Of a DNA stretch of 26,337 nt, positions 7,918-18,441 are shown in pieces. Numbering within the stretch: the stretch's first letter is position 1; each line of letters starts with the position of its first letter. Origin of the DNA: Steroidobacteraceae bacterium (GTDB taxonomy: Bacteria; Pseudomonadota; Gammaproteobacteria; Steroidobacterales; Steroidobacteraceae); contig DATCDX010000212.1 of assembly GCA_036510475.1 (NCBI GenBank), forward strand, positions 1 through 26,337. The letters run 5' to 3'. The position numbers and the translations under genes are program-made. A model generated the notes under the pieces. It saw nothing but the letters and a program-made list of their open reading frames with translations. It searched no databases and was not told where the DNA came from.

Positions 7918-7920
7918 CAT
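7912..7920 (+). promoter_or_regulatory. Candidate extended -10 promoter (TGcTAGCAT) for hfq
   Basis: TG-N-TAGCAT overlapping the miaA stop, about 75 nt upstream of hfq. A similar TGcTAGAAT precedes hflK. Confidence 0.35.
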
Positions 7921-7996
7921 TGATTGAGTATGTGCCTGGTGCCGCACGGAAGAGGACAGGGCTGTACATATGACACTAAAAACAAGGAGCTCCCCC

Positions 7997-8254
7997 ATGG
8001 CCCGTGGCCAGTCTCTGCAGGATCCATTTTTGAATGCCCTGCGCAAAGAACGCGTGCCCGTCTCAATTTATCTTGTGAACGGCATCAAATTGCAGGGCCA
8101 GATCGATTCATTCGATCAATTCGTCGTGCTGCTGCGTAATAGCGTGAGTCAGATGGTTTATAAACACGCCATTTCCACCGTCGTACCCGCGCGCAATGTG
8201 CGCTTGCCGACCGGCGAGGACGGCGAAGTAACGGAACCGGCCATCGTCGAATGA
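7997..8254 (+). CDS. hfq: RNA chaperone Hfq (85 aa)
   Basis: [46 protein letters not shown]...[21 protein letters not shown] at 7984-7989. Confidence 0.98.
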   Translation: MARGQSLQDPFLNALRKERVPVSIYLVNGIKLQGQIDSFDQFVVLLRNSVSQMVYKHAISTVVPARNVRLPTGEDGEVTEPAIVE

Positions 8255-8304
8255 CGCTAATCGCGGCGCGCGGGGTGATGCGACTTTGTCACGAATGCCA
8301 GTGA
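8251..8304 (+). other. Candidate 17-aa uORF ([17 protein letters not shown]), in frame with hflX
   Basis: ATG overlaps the hfq stop (ATGA) and the ORF ends at TGA 8302-8304, in the same frame as hflX. Translation is not demonstrated. Confidence 0.35.
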
Positions 8305-8340
8305 TCGGGCGGCGTTCTGCAGTTATTTGAACGCCCCCGA
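8305..8340 (+). promoter_or_regulatory. 12-bp RNA hairpin over the hflX initiation region
   Basis: TCGGG-C-GGCGTTC (8305-8317) pairs with GAACGCC-CCCGA (8329-8340). One bulged C and an 11-nt loop. Pairing checked by hand. Confidence 0.6.
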
Positions 8341-9627
8341 GGCGGCGAGCGCGCGGTTTTGGTCGGCGTGGGCATCGGCCATCCCGTGGATCCTAACGAT
8401 CTGGCTGAATTTGCGGCGCTGGCTGCCTCGGCGGGTACACTGCGCGTGGCTACGGTGCTCGCCGCGCGCGCGCGGCCCGACCCCAAATACTTCGTGGGCT
8501 CGGGTAAGGCGGAGGAAATTCGCGCCATTGCCGATTTGCATGACGCCGATGTGGTGCTGGTTGACCATACGCTGACTCCCAGCCAGGAGCGCAACCTGGA
8601 AAAACTCACTAACCGCCGCGTATTGGATCGTAATGGGTTGATTCTGGATATTTTCGCGCAGCGCGCGCGAAGCTTCGAAGGCAAGCTCCAAGTCGAACTG
8701 GCGCAGCTCTCGCATTTGGCGTCGCGGCTGGTCCGCGGCTGGACCCACCTTGAGCGTCAGAAGGGCGGCATCGGGCTTCGAGGTCCCGGCGAGACGCAGC
8801 TGGAGACGGACCGGCGACTGATCGCCAAGCGCATTCGCACCTTGCGCGCGCGGTTGGAGAAACTCGCGCAGCAGCGCGATACCAGCCGGCATGTCAGGCG
8901 CGAGGTGCCCGTGCCCACGATTGCATTGGTGGGCTATACCAACGCCGGCAAGTCGACGCTGTTCAATGCTTTGACGGGGGCCGCGACTCTGGTCGCCGAC
9001 CAGCTGTTCGCGACGCTCGACCCGACCGTGCGGCAGGTCAAGCTTGCGGGTGTCGGCGAGGTGGTGCTGGCGGACACGGTCGGCTTCGTGCGCGCGCTGC
9101 CTCATGAGCTGGTGGCGGCGTTTCGCTCGACGCTGCAGGAGGCGCGCGACGCCGATTTATTGCTGCACGTGGTGGACGCCGGCGACCCGCTGCGCGACGA
9201 ACGCATGGAGCAGGTGCGCGAGGTGTTGCGCGGTATAGGCGCGGGCGGGATCCGCGAATTGGTGGTATTCAACAAGATCGATCTGGCCGAGGAGTGGCCG
9301 CGGGTGGTAGCGGGCGCGGATGGGGTGGCGGCACAGGTCTGGGCATCGGCCGTGACCGGCGCGGGGCTGCCGGGGCTGCGCGAGGCCTTGGCGCATGCCG
9401 TGCGCCCCAATCAAGTACGCCGCACCCTGCACCTTGAATTGGCCGCCGCGGCTCACCGATCCGATCTTTACCGGCGCAACGCCGTGCGCGCCGAACGGCA
9501 GTGCGAGGATGGCAGCTGGGACCTCGATATCGAACTCGATGCGACCGAAGTCGCCAAATTGCTGGGCAGCAGGGGAGTCAATCTCGTGGACGATGCAGCC
9601 GCAAGCCGCGAACAGCGCGTGGCTTGA
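8317..9627 (+). CDS. hflX: Ribosome-splitting GTPase HflX (start uncertain, probably CTG 8317)
   Basis: G1 GYTNAGKST, G2 FATLDPT, G3 DTVG and G4 NKID; ILDIFAQRARSFEGKLQVELAQL; GPGETQLETDRR. Conserved LFERPRGGERAVLV lies upstream of the first TTG (8359). Confidence 0.93.
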   Translation: MQLFERPRGGERAVLVGVGIGHPVDPNDLAEFAALAASAGTLRVATVLAARARPDPKYFVGSGKAEEIRAIADLHDADVVLVDHTLTPSQERNLEKLTNRRVLDRNGLILDIFAQRARSFEGKLQVELAQLSHLASRLVRGWTHLERQKGGIGLRGPGETQLETDRRLIAKRIRTLRARLEKLAQQRDTSRHVRREVPVPTIALVGYTNAGKSTLFNALTGAATLVADQLFATLDPTVRQVKLAGVGEVVLADTVGFVRALPHELVAAFRSTLQEARDADLLLHVVDAGDPLRDERMEQVREVLRGIGAGGIRELVVFNKIDLAEEWPRVVAGADGVAAQVWASAVTGAGLPGLREALAHAVRPNQVRRTLHLELAAAAHRSDLYRRNAVRAERQCEDGSWDLDIELDATEVAKLLGSRGVNLVDDAAASREQRVA

Positions 9628-9633
9628 GTTCTC

Positions 9634-9661
9634 TTGTGAGTGGCGGATCGGCTGCTAGAAT
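9634..9661 (+). promoter_or_regulatory. Candidate sigma70 promoter for hflKC
   Basis: TTGTGA (9634-9639), 16 nt, TAGAAT (9656-9661), with extended -10 TG at 9653-9654. Confidence 0.5.
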
Positions 9662-9716
9662 GAGCGGCTCTTCATACATGAATCCAATACTCCGCAACCC
9701 AATTTAGGCATTACTC

Positions 9717-10853
9717 ATGGCTTGGAACGTACCTGGCGGGGAGAAACGCCATCTCTGGAATCGTCCGCATCAATCGCAGAACGATTTGGACGAGGTGCTG
9801 CGCAATATCCAGCGCCGCCTGTCGGCGCTGTTCGGGCGTAGCGGCGGGAGCGGGGGTGGAGGCGGCCCGAGTTCGGCCAACTTCGGCAAGGGGCTTGCCG
9901 GCATTCTGGTGTTGATCGTTGCGCTCTGGATTGGCAGCGGCGTCTACCGGGTCGACGCGCAGGAGCGCGCGGTGATATTGCGTTTCGGCAAGTACGTGCA
10001 GACCAGCGGTCCGGGATATAACTGGCACCTGCCGTGGCCCATCGAGCAAAAGAGAATCGTCAACGTGTCGCAGCAGTACAGCGTGACCGACGACGCCAGA
10101 ATGCTGACGGCCGACACCAACTTGGTCGAGGTCAAGTCCGCGGTTCAATACACGCAGCCTGATCCGATCAAGTACTTGTTCAGGGTGAAAAACGTCGAAG
10201 AGACGCTGATCCAAGTGAGCGAAAGCGCGATGCGCGAGGCGGTGGGCCAGGCCTCGCTCGACAAGGCGTTGGGGTTCGATCCGTCGATTACCGACCGGGC
10301 CAAGATTCTGGTACAGCGCACGCTGGACAACTACGACATGGGCATCAACATCATCAGCGTCAAATTGAGCGACGTGGTCGTGCCCGAGCCGGTGCAGGAC
10401 GCGCAGCGCGACGCCATCAAGGCGGACAAGGACCGCCAGCGCTACCAGCAGGATGCGGAGACGTACCGCAACGATGTATTGCCGCGCTCCCGGGGCGCCG
10501 CCGCCAAGGAAGTATTGGACGCGGAGGCGTATCGCCTGCAGGTGCTGGCGCTGGCGCAGGGCGAGACTTCCCGCTTCGATCAGGTGCTCGCTCAATACGA
10601 GCATGCGCCGGCCGTGACGCGTGAACGCATGTACTTGGACACCATGGAGAATGTTTACAAGAACTCGCGCAAAGTCATCGTCGACACCAAGAACGGCAAC
10701 AGCATGATGTACCTGCCGCTCGACAAATTGATCGCGGCGAGTCCGCAAGCCATCGCCAGTCCCAACGACACGATGACGGTGCCGCCCGCGCGGACTCCCG
10801 ACGCGCAGTCTGCGCCGCCCGAGGATCCCGCACGCGCGCGGGGAGTACGCTGA
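9717..10853 (+). CDS. hflK: FtsH protease modulator HflK
   Basis: MAWNVPGG N-terminus, Gly-rich linker, one TM segment, SPFH domain (VILRFGKY, GYNWHLPWPIE, MLTADTNLV) and APAVTRERMYLDTME. Confidence 0.95.
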   Translation: MAWNVPGGEKRHLWNRPHQSQNDLDEVLRNIQRRLSALFGRSGGSGGGGGPSSANFGKGLAGILVLIVALWIGSGVYRVDAQERAVILRFGKYVQTSGPGYNWHLPWPIEQKRIVNVSQQYSVTDDARMLTADTNLVEVKSAVQYTQPDPIKYLFRVKNVEETLIQVSESAMREAVGQASLDKALGFDPSITDRAKILVQRTLDNYDMGINIISVKLSDVVVPEPVQDAQRDAIKADKDRQRYQQDAETYRNDVLPRSRGAAAKEVLDAEAYRLQVLALAQGETSRFDQVLAQYEHAPAVTRERMYLDTMENVYKNSRKVIVDTKNGNSMMYLPLDKLIAASPQAIASPNDTMTVPPARTPDAQSAPPEDPARARGVR

Positions 10854-11731
10854 TGCAAAACCGGGTACTGTATGTATTATTGGGGTTGGTCGCCGTGATT
10901 CTGGTGGTGCGCTCCAGCGTGTTCACCGTCAGCGAAGGCCAACTGGCCATCAAGTCCACCGGCGGCGAAATAGTGGATTCGAATTTCAAGCCGGGCCTGC
11001 ATTTTCGCATTCCTCTGGTGAACGAAGTCACCCGCTTCGACAAGCGTATCCTGACCCAGATGTACCCGTCGGAGCATTTCCTGACCAGCGAGCAGGAACA
11101 GCTCAATGTCGATTTCTACGTAAAGTGGCGCATCCATAATTTGCGCCTTTACTATGAAACGACCGGAGGCTCGGAAGATGTGGCCAATGCCCGTTTGGGC
11201 GAGACCATCAAGGACAGCATCAAGAGTGTGGTGACGCAGCGGACCTTGCAACAGGTGATCACCGCCGACCGTGGCGAGTTTACCGATGCCATGATGAAAA
11301 CCGCGCGGCCGGCGGCCGAAAAGCTGGGCGTCGAACTCGTGGATGTGCGCATCACGAAAATAGACCTGCCGCAGCAGGTGCAGGACTCGGTATTCGACCG
11401 CATGCGCGCTTCGTTCAAGGCGCAGGCCGCGAAACTGCGCGCCGAGGGCGTGGAGGCCTCGGAGCGCACCCGCGCCGAGGCGAACAAGGAACAAACCGAA
11501 ATTTTAGCGGACGCGGCCCGCCAAGCCGGCCAGATTCGCGGCCAGGGGGACGCCTCGGCGAGCGAGGTGTACGCGAAATCGTATACGAAGAATGCCGAGT
11601 TCTACAGCTTCTACCGCAGCATGGAATCGTACCGCAAGGCCATCGGCACGCAGGGCGACATGCTGGTGATTGCGCCGGACAATTCCTACTTCAAATATTT
11701 CAACAAACCGCAAGCGCAGCCGCAGCGTTAG
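10853..11731 (+). CDS. hflC: FtsH protease modulator HflC
   Basis: N-terminal TM; PGLHFRIP, FDKRIL, VDFYVKWRI, VELVDVRITKIDLP, FDRMRA and EFYSFYRSMESY. TGATG overlap with hflK. Confidence 0.95.
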   Translation: MQNRVLYVLLGLVAVILVVRSSVFTVSEGQLAIKSTGGEIVDSNFKPGLHFRIPLVNEVTRFDKRILTQMYPSEHFLTSEQEQLNVDFYVKWRIHNLRLYYETTGGSEDVANARLGETIKDSIKSVVTQRTLQQVITADRGEFTDAMMKTARPAAEKLGVELVDVRITKIDLPQQVQDSVFDRMRASFKAQAAKLRAEGVEASERTRAEANKEQTEILADAARQAGQIRGQGDASASEVYAKSYTKNAEFYSFYRSMESYRKAIGTQGDMLVIAPDNSYFKYFNKPQAQPQR

Positions 11732-11740
11732 CCGCACGCC

Positions 11741-13240
<1,500 letters not shown>

Positions 13241-13241
<1 letters not shown>

Positions 13242-15475
13242 TGCGCGTGGGGGCACCGTGGCCCTCGCGGTGGCCGGCGGCAGGGTTTGCCGCGGCGATG
13301 ATGGTTTGTTCGCCGCTGCCCGTGGCCGGGCGCGCGGCGCAGCCGTGGCTGGATGCCGAACGCTCGCCGGATCAGCGCGCGGCGCTGGCGGTTGCCGCCA
13401 TGACGCTCGACGAGAAGATCGGTCTATTGCACGGGCCGATGGCACTGCCATATGCCAGGCCGGGCAGCGAGCCCGAAAGGTTGCCGGCGGCCGCCATCCC
13501 GGCGGCGGGGTACATTCCGGGGGTGCCGCGATTGGGCATTCCGGCGCTGTACGAAACCGATGCGAGTTTAGGTGTGGCCAATCCGGCCGGCATTCGACCG
13601 GGTGATGTCGCGACGGCGCTGCCGTCTAGTCTCGCCTTGAGTGCGACGTTCGACCCCGAACTTGCGTATCGAGCGGGCGCGATGGTCGGCAGCGAGGCGC
13701 GGGCGAAGGGTTTCAACGTGCTGTTGGCGGGCGGCATGGACCTTACGCGCGATCCCCGCAATGGACGCAATTTCGAGTACCTGGGTGAAGATCCGCTGCT
13801 GGCCGGCACCTTGGCGGGCGAGGCTGTGCGCGGCACTCAGGACCAACATGTGATTTCCACGGTCAAGCATTTTGCGCTTAACGCCAATGAGACCAACCGC
13901 CATATGCTGGATGCGCGCATCGATCCGGCCGCGCTTCGCGAATCGGATTTATTGGCGTTCGAACTCGCCATCGAACGTGGCCATCCGGGAGCCGTGATGT
14001 GCGCCTATAACCGGGTGAACGGTCGCTATGCCTGCGGCAACGATTGGCTGCTCAACCAGGTGCTCAAAGGCGATTGGCGCTATCCCGGTTGGGTCATGTC
14101 GGACTGGGGCGCCGTGCACGGTGTCGACTATGCCACCAAGGGATTGGACCAGGAGTCTGGCGAGCAGCTGGACGAGTCTCACTGGTTCGACGCGCCGCTG
14201 AAGGCGGCGGTCGCGGCGGGTTCGGTGCCGCAGGCGCGGATCGACGACATGGCGCGGCGCATTCTGCGCTCGATGTTCGCGGTGGGGATTGTCGAGCACC
14301 CGCCGCGGAAAATGGTCATCGACTATCCTACGCATGCCAAGCTCGCGCTCAAGATTGAGCAACAGGGCATCGTGCTCTTGAAGAATCAGCGCAATCTGCT
14401 GCCCCTGGCGCGCAACGCGCGACGCATCGCCATCATCGGCGGCCATGCAAACTTTGGCGTGCTCTCCGGTGGCGGCTCCGCCCAGGTCATTCCGTCGAAT
14501 GGGCCGTTCCTGGCGATTCCAGTCGGTGGGAACGGCGGCATGGCCCAAGCCCGCGTAGAGCTTTTCGATCCCTCGTCGCCTTTTGCGGCGATTCAGGTCG
14601 CTTCGCCGCAGAGCGAAGTGCTCTACGATGCCGGTGCGTTTCCGGCCGACGCGGCGGCGCTGGCGGCGCGGTCGGACATCGCGATCGTGTTCGCGACCCG
14701 TCATGAACTCGAGGGTTATGACATCCCCGATCTGAATCTGCCCTATGGCCAGGACGCGCTGATCCAGGCCGTCGCAAAGGCAAACCCCCGCACCATTGTG
14801 GTGTTGGAGACCGGCAATCCGGTGGCCATGCCGTGGGTCGATCAGGTGGCTGCGGTATTGGCGGCCTGGTATCCCGGACAAGAGGGTGGCCAGGCCATTG
14901 CCGATGTGCTGTTCGGGGTGGTAAACCCGTCAGGCCGTTTGCCGATGACATTTCCCCGGCGCGAGGCGGACTTCCTAAGGCCGACGCTGCCGAATCTCGG
15001 CAGCCCGCGGGATGAGGCAGTCAGCGTCGACTACACGGAGGGCGCCGATGTCGGGTATCGCTGGTACGCCGCGCATGGAGTTACTCCGCTGTTCGCGTTC
15101 GGCTTCGGCTTGTCGTACACCTACTTCGACTACGATCATCTCACCGTATCCGGCGGCAAGACATTGAGTGTGAGCTTTACGGTGCGCAACAGCGGTGCGC
15201 GGGCGGGCGCCGCTGTGCCGCAGGCATACTTGACCTCGGCAGCCGGTACGGCGGTGCGTCGATTGATCGGTTTTCAGCGCATCACGCTCGAACCGGGCGA
15301 GAGCAGACAGGTTAAGCTCGTCGCGGATTCGCGCCTGCTGGCATCCTTCGACGAGACACGCAGACAATGGCATGTGAAACGCGGTGCCTACCGGGTGGGC
15401 GTCGGACGATCCGCGAACGATTTGGTTCTGAGTGGCGAAGCGGGCGTGGCCTCGATGATCTGGAAAATAAAATAA
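13241..15475 (+). CDS. Glycoside hydrolase family 3 beta-glucosidase-like protein with predicted signal peptide and Fn3-like C-domain
   Basis: ATG overlaps the purA stop (TGATG). MTLDEKI, RNGRNFEYLGEDP, KHFALN, VMCAYNRVNG, nucleophile motif VMSDWGA, IVLLKN, WYPGQEGGQAIADVLFG, PSGRLPMTF, FGFGLSYT and FQRITLEPGES. The ORF-track start at 12932 lies inside purA. Confidence 0.93.
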
Positions 15476-15488
15476 GGGAAACCTCGTC

Positions 15489-16787
15489 ATGACATTTGAG
15501 GCCCCCGTAGAGTCGTCATCCGCGGCCAAGTATTCGACCGACCTGCAGGCATTCGTGTTCGTCTTGTTCTTCGCATTCGGCGGCATCACCAGTCTCAATG
15601 ACGTGATCATTCCGAAGCTCAAGGCGCTGTTTACTCTGTCGTACGGCGACGTGATGCTGGTGCAATCGGCCTTCTTCGCGGCGTATTTCATCATCTCGAT
15701 CCCGGCGGCGTCGCTGGTGCGGCGTATCGGCTACATGCGATCCGCGGTGGCCGGCCTGTTGACCATGACGGCGGGCTGCCTGCTGTTCATACCGGCTTCA
15801 TCGTATGGACTTTTCGGTTTATTTTTGCTCGCCCTGTTCGTGCTGGCAGCCGGCATCACGACGGTTCAGGTGGTCGCCAACCCGCTGATTTCCATGCTGG
15901 GACCTTCCGCCACGGCGAGCAGCCGCCTGACTTTCGCGCAGGCGTTCAACTCGCTGGGCACGACTATTTTTCCCTATGTGGGATCGATTCTGATTCTCGG
16001 TTCGCTGGCAACCGTAGACCCCTCGACTCTGTCGGGCGCTGCACTGGATCGTTTTCGCGGCGTCGAGACGCAAGTGGTGGTTCACACCTATATCGGACTC
16101 GCCATCGCGCTTCTGCTGCTGGCTGCCGCGGTGTGGTGGCGCCGTCAGGGCCTGGTGGAGGCGCCGGCGTCATCGACCCCCATCCTGCGCGCGTTCGACC
16201 TGCTCGGCCGCCCGCGCTTCGCATTCGGCACCCTGTGCATCTTTCTGTACGTGGGCGGTGAAGTGGCGATCGGCTCGTTGATCGTAAGTTATCTGATGCA
16301 GCCAAACGTACTCGGTATGGCGGCGGAAGCCGCGGGCAAGCATGTGCCCTTTTATTGGGGCGGGGCCATGATCGGGCGCTTCATCGGCGCCTATGTGCTG
16401 CGCAAATTCGCACCGGGCAAGGTATTGACCAGCGTCGCCGCCACCGTAATCGGTCTGTTGTTGATTTCGGCGAATACCGTGGGTGAGGTGTCCGCCTGGT
16501 CGCTGCTCGCCATCGGACTGTTCAACTCCATCATGTTTCCGACCATATTTTCGCTGGCCTGCGAAGGACTGGGGAAGCGCGCCGCCGAAGGCTCCGGAGT
16601 GATTTGCATGGCGATCGTCGGCGGCGCCGTGGTGCCGCTTGTGACGGGTCATGCCGCCGATATGTGGGGACTGAAACAGGCGTTGATCGTGCCGGCGCTT
16701 TGCTACATCGGGATTCTCAGTTTCGGCTGGTTTGCGCGGCGGCCGCTGCGGGAACCTGCACCGTACCCCGTGGTCCCAGTAGCATGA
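15489..16787 (+). CDS. MFS sugar transporter, glucose/galactose (GluP/FucP) type
   Basis: LNDVIIPKLKALF, VQSAFFAAYF, QVVANP, RLTFAQAFNSLGT, IFLYVGGEV, GRFIG and NSIMFPTIF; about 12 hydrophobic segments; AAGGGA SD. Confidence 0.9.
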   Translation: MTFEAPVESSSAAKYSTDLQAFVFVLFFAFGGITSLNDVIIPKLKALFTLSYGDVMLVQSAFFAAYFIISIPAASLVRRIGYMRSAVAGLLTMTAGCLLFIPASSYGLFGLFLLALFVLAAGITTVQVVANPLISMLGPSATASSRLTFAQAFNSLGTTIFPYVGSILILGSLATVDPSTLSGAALDRFRGVETQVVVHTYIGLAIALLLLAAAVWWRRQGLVEAPASSTPILRAFDLLGRPRFAFGTLCIFLYVGGEVAIGSLIVSYLMQPNVLGMAAEAAGKHVPFYWGGAMIGRFIGAYVLRKFAPGKVLTSVAATVIGLLLISANTVGEVSAWSLLAIGLFNSIMFPTIFSLACEGLGKRAAEGSGVICMAIVGGAVVPLVTGHAADMWGLKQALIVPALCYIGILSFGWFARRPLREPAPYPVVPVA

Positions 16788-16799
16788 TTGGAGAGCATC

Positions 16800-18350
16800 A
16801 TGGCCAACATTTCTCTCAAAGGCAGTGAGCGCACTGCGCTGCGCGGTGCCCGCGTGCTCGCGCCGGCCGAGCCGTCGGAGCGCCTCGAAGTCACCGTCGT
16901 CGTGCGGCGGCGCGCGCGGCAGGCGTTATCGGCGCGAATTGTCTCGCTCGCCTCCGGTGGCGCCCAAACCCAGTGTTTGAGCCGGGCGGAATTTGCGGAA
17001 CGCCACGGCACCGATCCGCGCGATCTGGCCGCGGTGCGCGCCTTCGCAACCGCGAACGGCGTGGCGATGGTGCAGGAACATGCGGGGCGCGGCAGCGTGG
17101 TGCTGTCCGGTACCGTGGCGCAGTTCAATGCGGCATTCAACGTTCGATTGCAGCACATGACGCATGCCGGAGGGAGCTATCGCGGGCGTACCGGCGCCAT
17201 CGAGGTGCCTGCCGAATTGGACGGCATCATCGAGGCCGTACTGGGCCTGGACAGCCGCCCGCAGGCCAAGACCCACTTTCGTGTTCGTCCCGCGTCGAGC
17301 GCGGCGGTGGCGTACACGCCGCTCAAGGTTGCCTCGTTGTACGATTTTCCGAACGGCACGGGTCAGGGTCAGTGTATTGCGCTCATCGAGTTGGGCGGCG
17401 GATTTCGCCCGGCCGATCTCGATACCTACTTCGCGGCCTTAGGTGTTTCCGCACCCTCGGTGGTGGCGGTATCGGTGGATCATGGCGGCAACAGTCCGAC
17501 CGGCGATGCGAACGGACCTGACGGCGAAGTCATGCTCGACGTCGAGGTGGTGGGCGCGATCGCGCCGCAGGCGAAGATCGTGGTGTATTTCGCGCCCAAC
17601 ACCGATGCCGGCTTTCTCGACGCCATCACCACGGCGATTCACGACACCACGCACAAGCCCTCGGTGATTTCCATTAGCTGGGGCGGACCTGAATCATCCT
17701 GGACGGCGCAGGCGATGACGGTGATGGACGAGGCTTTGCAGGCCGCCGCGACCATGGGCGTCACGGTGTGCGTCGCTTCCGGCGACAATGGTTCCAGTGA
17801 TGGTGTTGCGGACGGCGCCGACCATGTGGATTTCCCCGCCTCGAGTCCCTATGCCTTAGCTTGCGGCGGCACCAGTCTTACGGCGGCCCAGAGCGGCATC
17901 AGCAGTGAAGTGGTGTGGAATGACGGCGCCAGCGGCGGGGCCGGCGGCGGCGGTATCAGCGGTTTTTTTGCACTGCCCGACTGGCAGGCGGGCATCAGCG
18001 CCGTCAACAGCCAAGGCCAGTCCGTCCCGGTGACCAAGCGGGGCGTGCCCGATGTGGCGGGCGATGCCGATCCGGAGACGGGTTACGATGTGAGGATAGA
18101 CGGTACCGATACCGTAATCGGCGGCACCAGCGCCGTCGCGCCGCTATGGGCGGCGCTGATCGCCCGCCTCAATCAAGCGTCAGGCAAGGCCTTAGGCTAT
18201 CTGAACCCGCAGCTGTACCAGAATCCGACGGCGCTGCGCGACATCACGCGCGGCAACAACGGCGACTATGCGGCCACCGTCGGCTGGGACGCCTGTACCG
18301 GACTTGGGAGCCCGAACGGCGCCGCGTTAATGGAACAGCTCCTGCGTTAA
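16800..18350 (+). CDS. S53 family serine-carboxyl peptidase (kumamolisin/sedolisin-like) with prodomain
   Basis: Catalytic motifs EVMLD (Glu/Asp), SGDNG (oxyanion Asp) and GGTSAVAPLWA (Ser); RGVPDVAGDADP; Ca-site GWDACTGLGSPNG. SD GGAG before ATG 16800. Confidence 0.93.
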   Translation: MANISLKGSERTALRGARVLAPAEPSERLEVTVVVRRRARQALSARIVSLASGGAQTQCLSRAEFAERHGTDPRDLAAVRAFATANGVAMVQEHAGRGSVVLSGTVAQFNAAFNVRLQHMTHAGGSYRGRTGAIEVPAELDGIIEAVLGLDSRPQAKTHFRVRPASSAAVAYTPLKVASLYDFPNGTGQGQCIALIELGGGFRPADLDTYFAALGVSAPSVVAVSVDHGGNSPTGDANGPDGEVMLDVEVVGAIAPQAKIVVYFAPNTDAGFLDAITTAIHDTTHKPSVISISWGGPESSWTAQAMTVMDEALQAAATMGVTVCVASGDNGSSDGVADGADHVDFPASSPYALACGGTSLTAAQSGISSEVVWNDGASGGAGGGGISGFFALPDWQAGISAVNSQGQSVPVTKRGVPDVAGDADPETGYDVRIDGTDTVIGGTSAVAPLWAALIARLNQASGKALGYLNPQLYQNPTALRDITRGNNGDYAATVGWDACTGLGSPNGAALMEQLLR

Positions 18351-18360
18351 TGGAACAGCT
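18324..18360 (+). repeat. 17-bp perfect direct repeat, 20-bp period, spanning the S53 stop codon
   Basis: GCGTTAATGGAACAGCT at 18324-18340 and 18344-18360, separated by CCT. Confidence 0.9.
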
Positions 18361-18441
18361 TCAACGCGTTCTCCAGCGTTTTCAAGACGCCCCACAGAAG
18401 CGGAATTCCCACCGCGAGCCATAGCAAGACGAGCCGCGTAT

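Noticed and set aside
9838-9870. Gly-rich G-run in hflK
   Set aside because: This is the normal HflK N-terminal linker.
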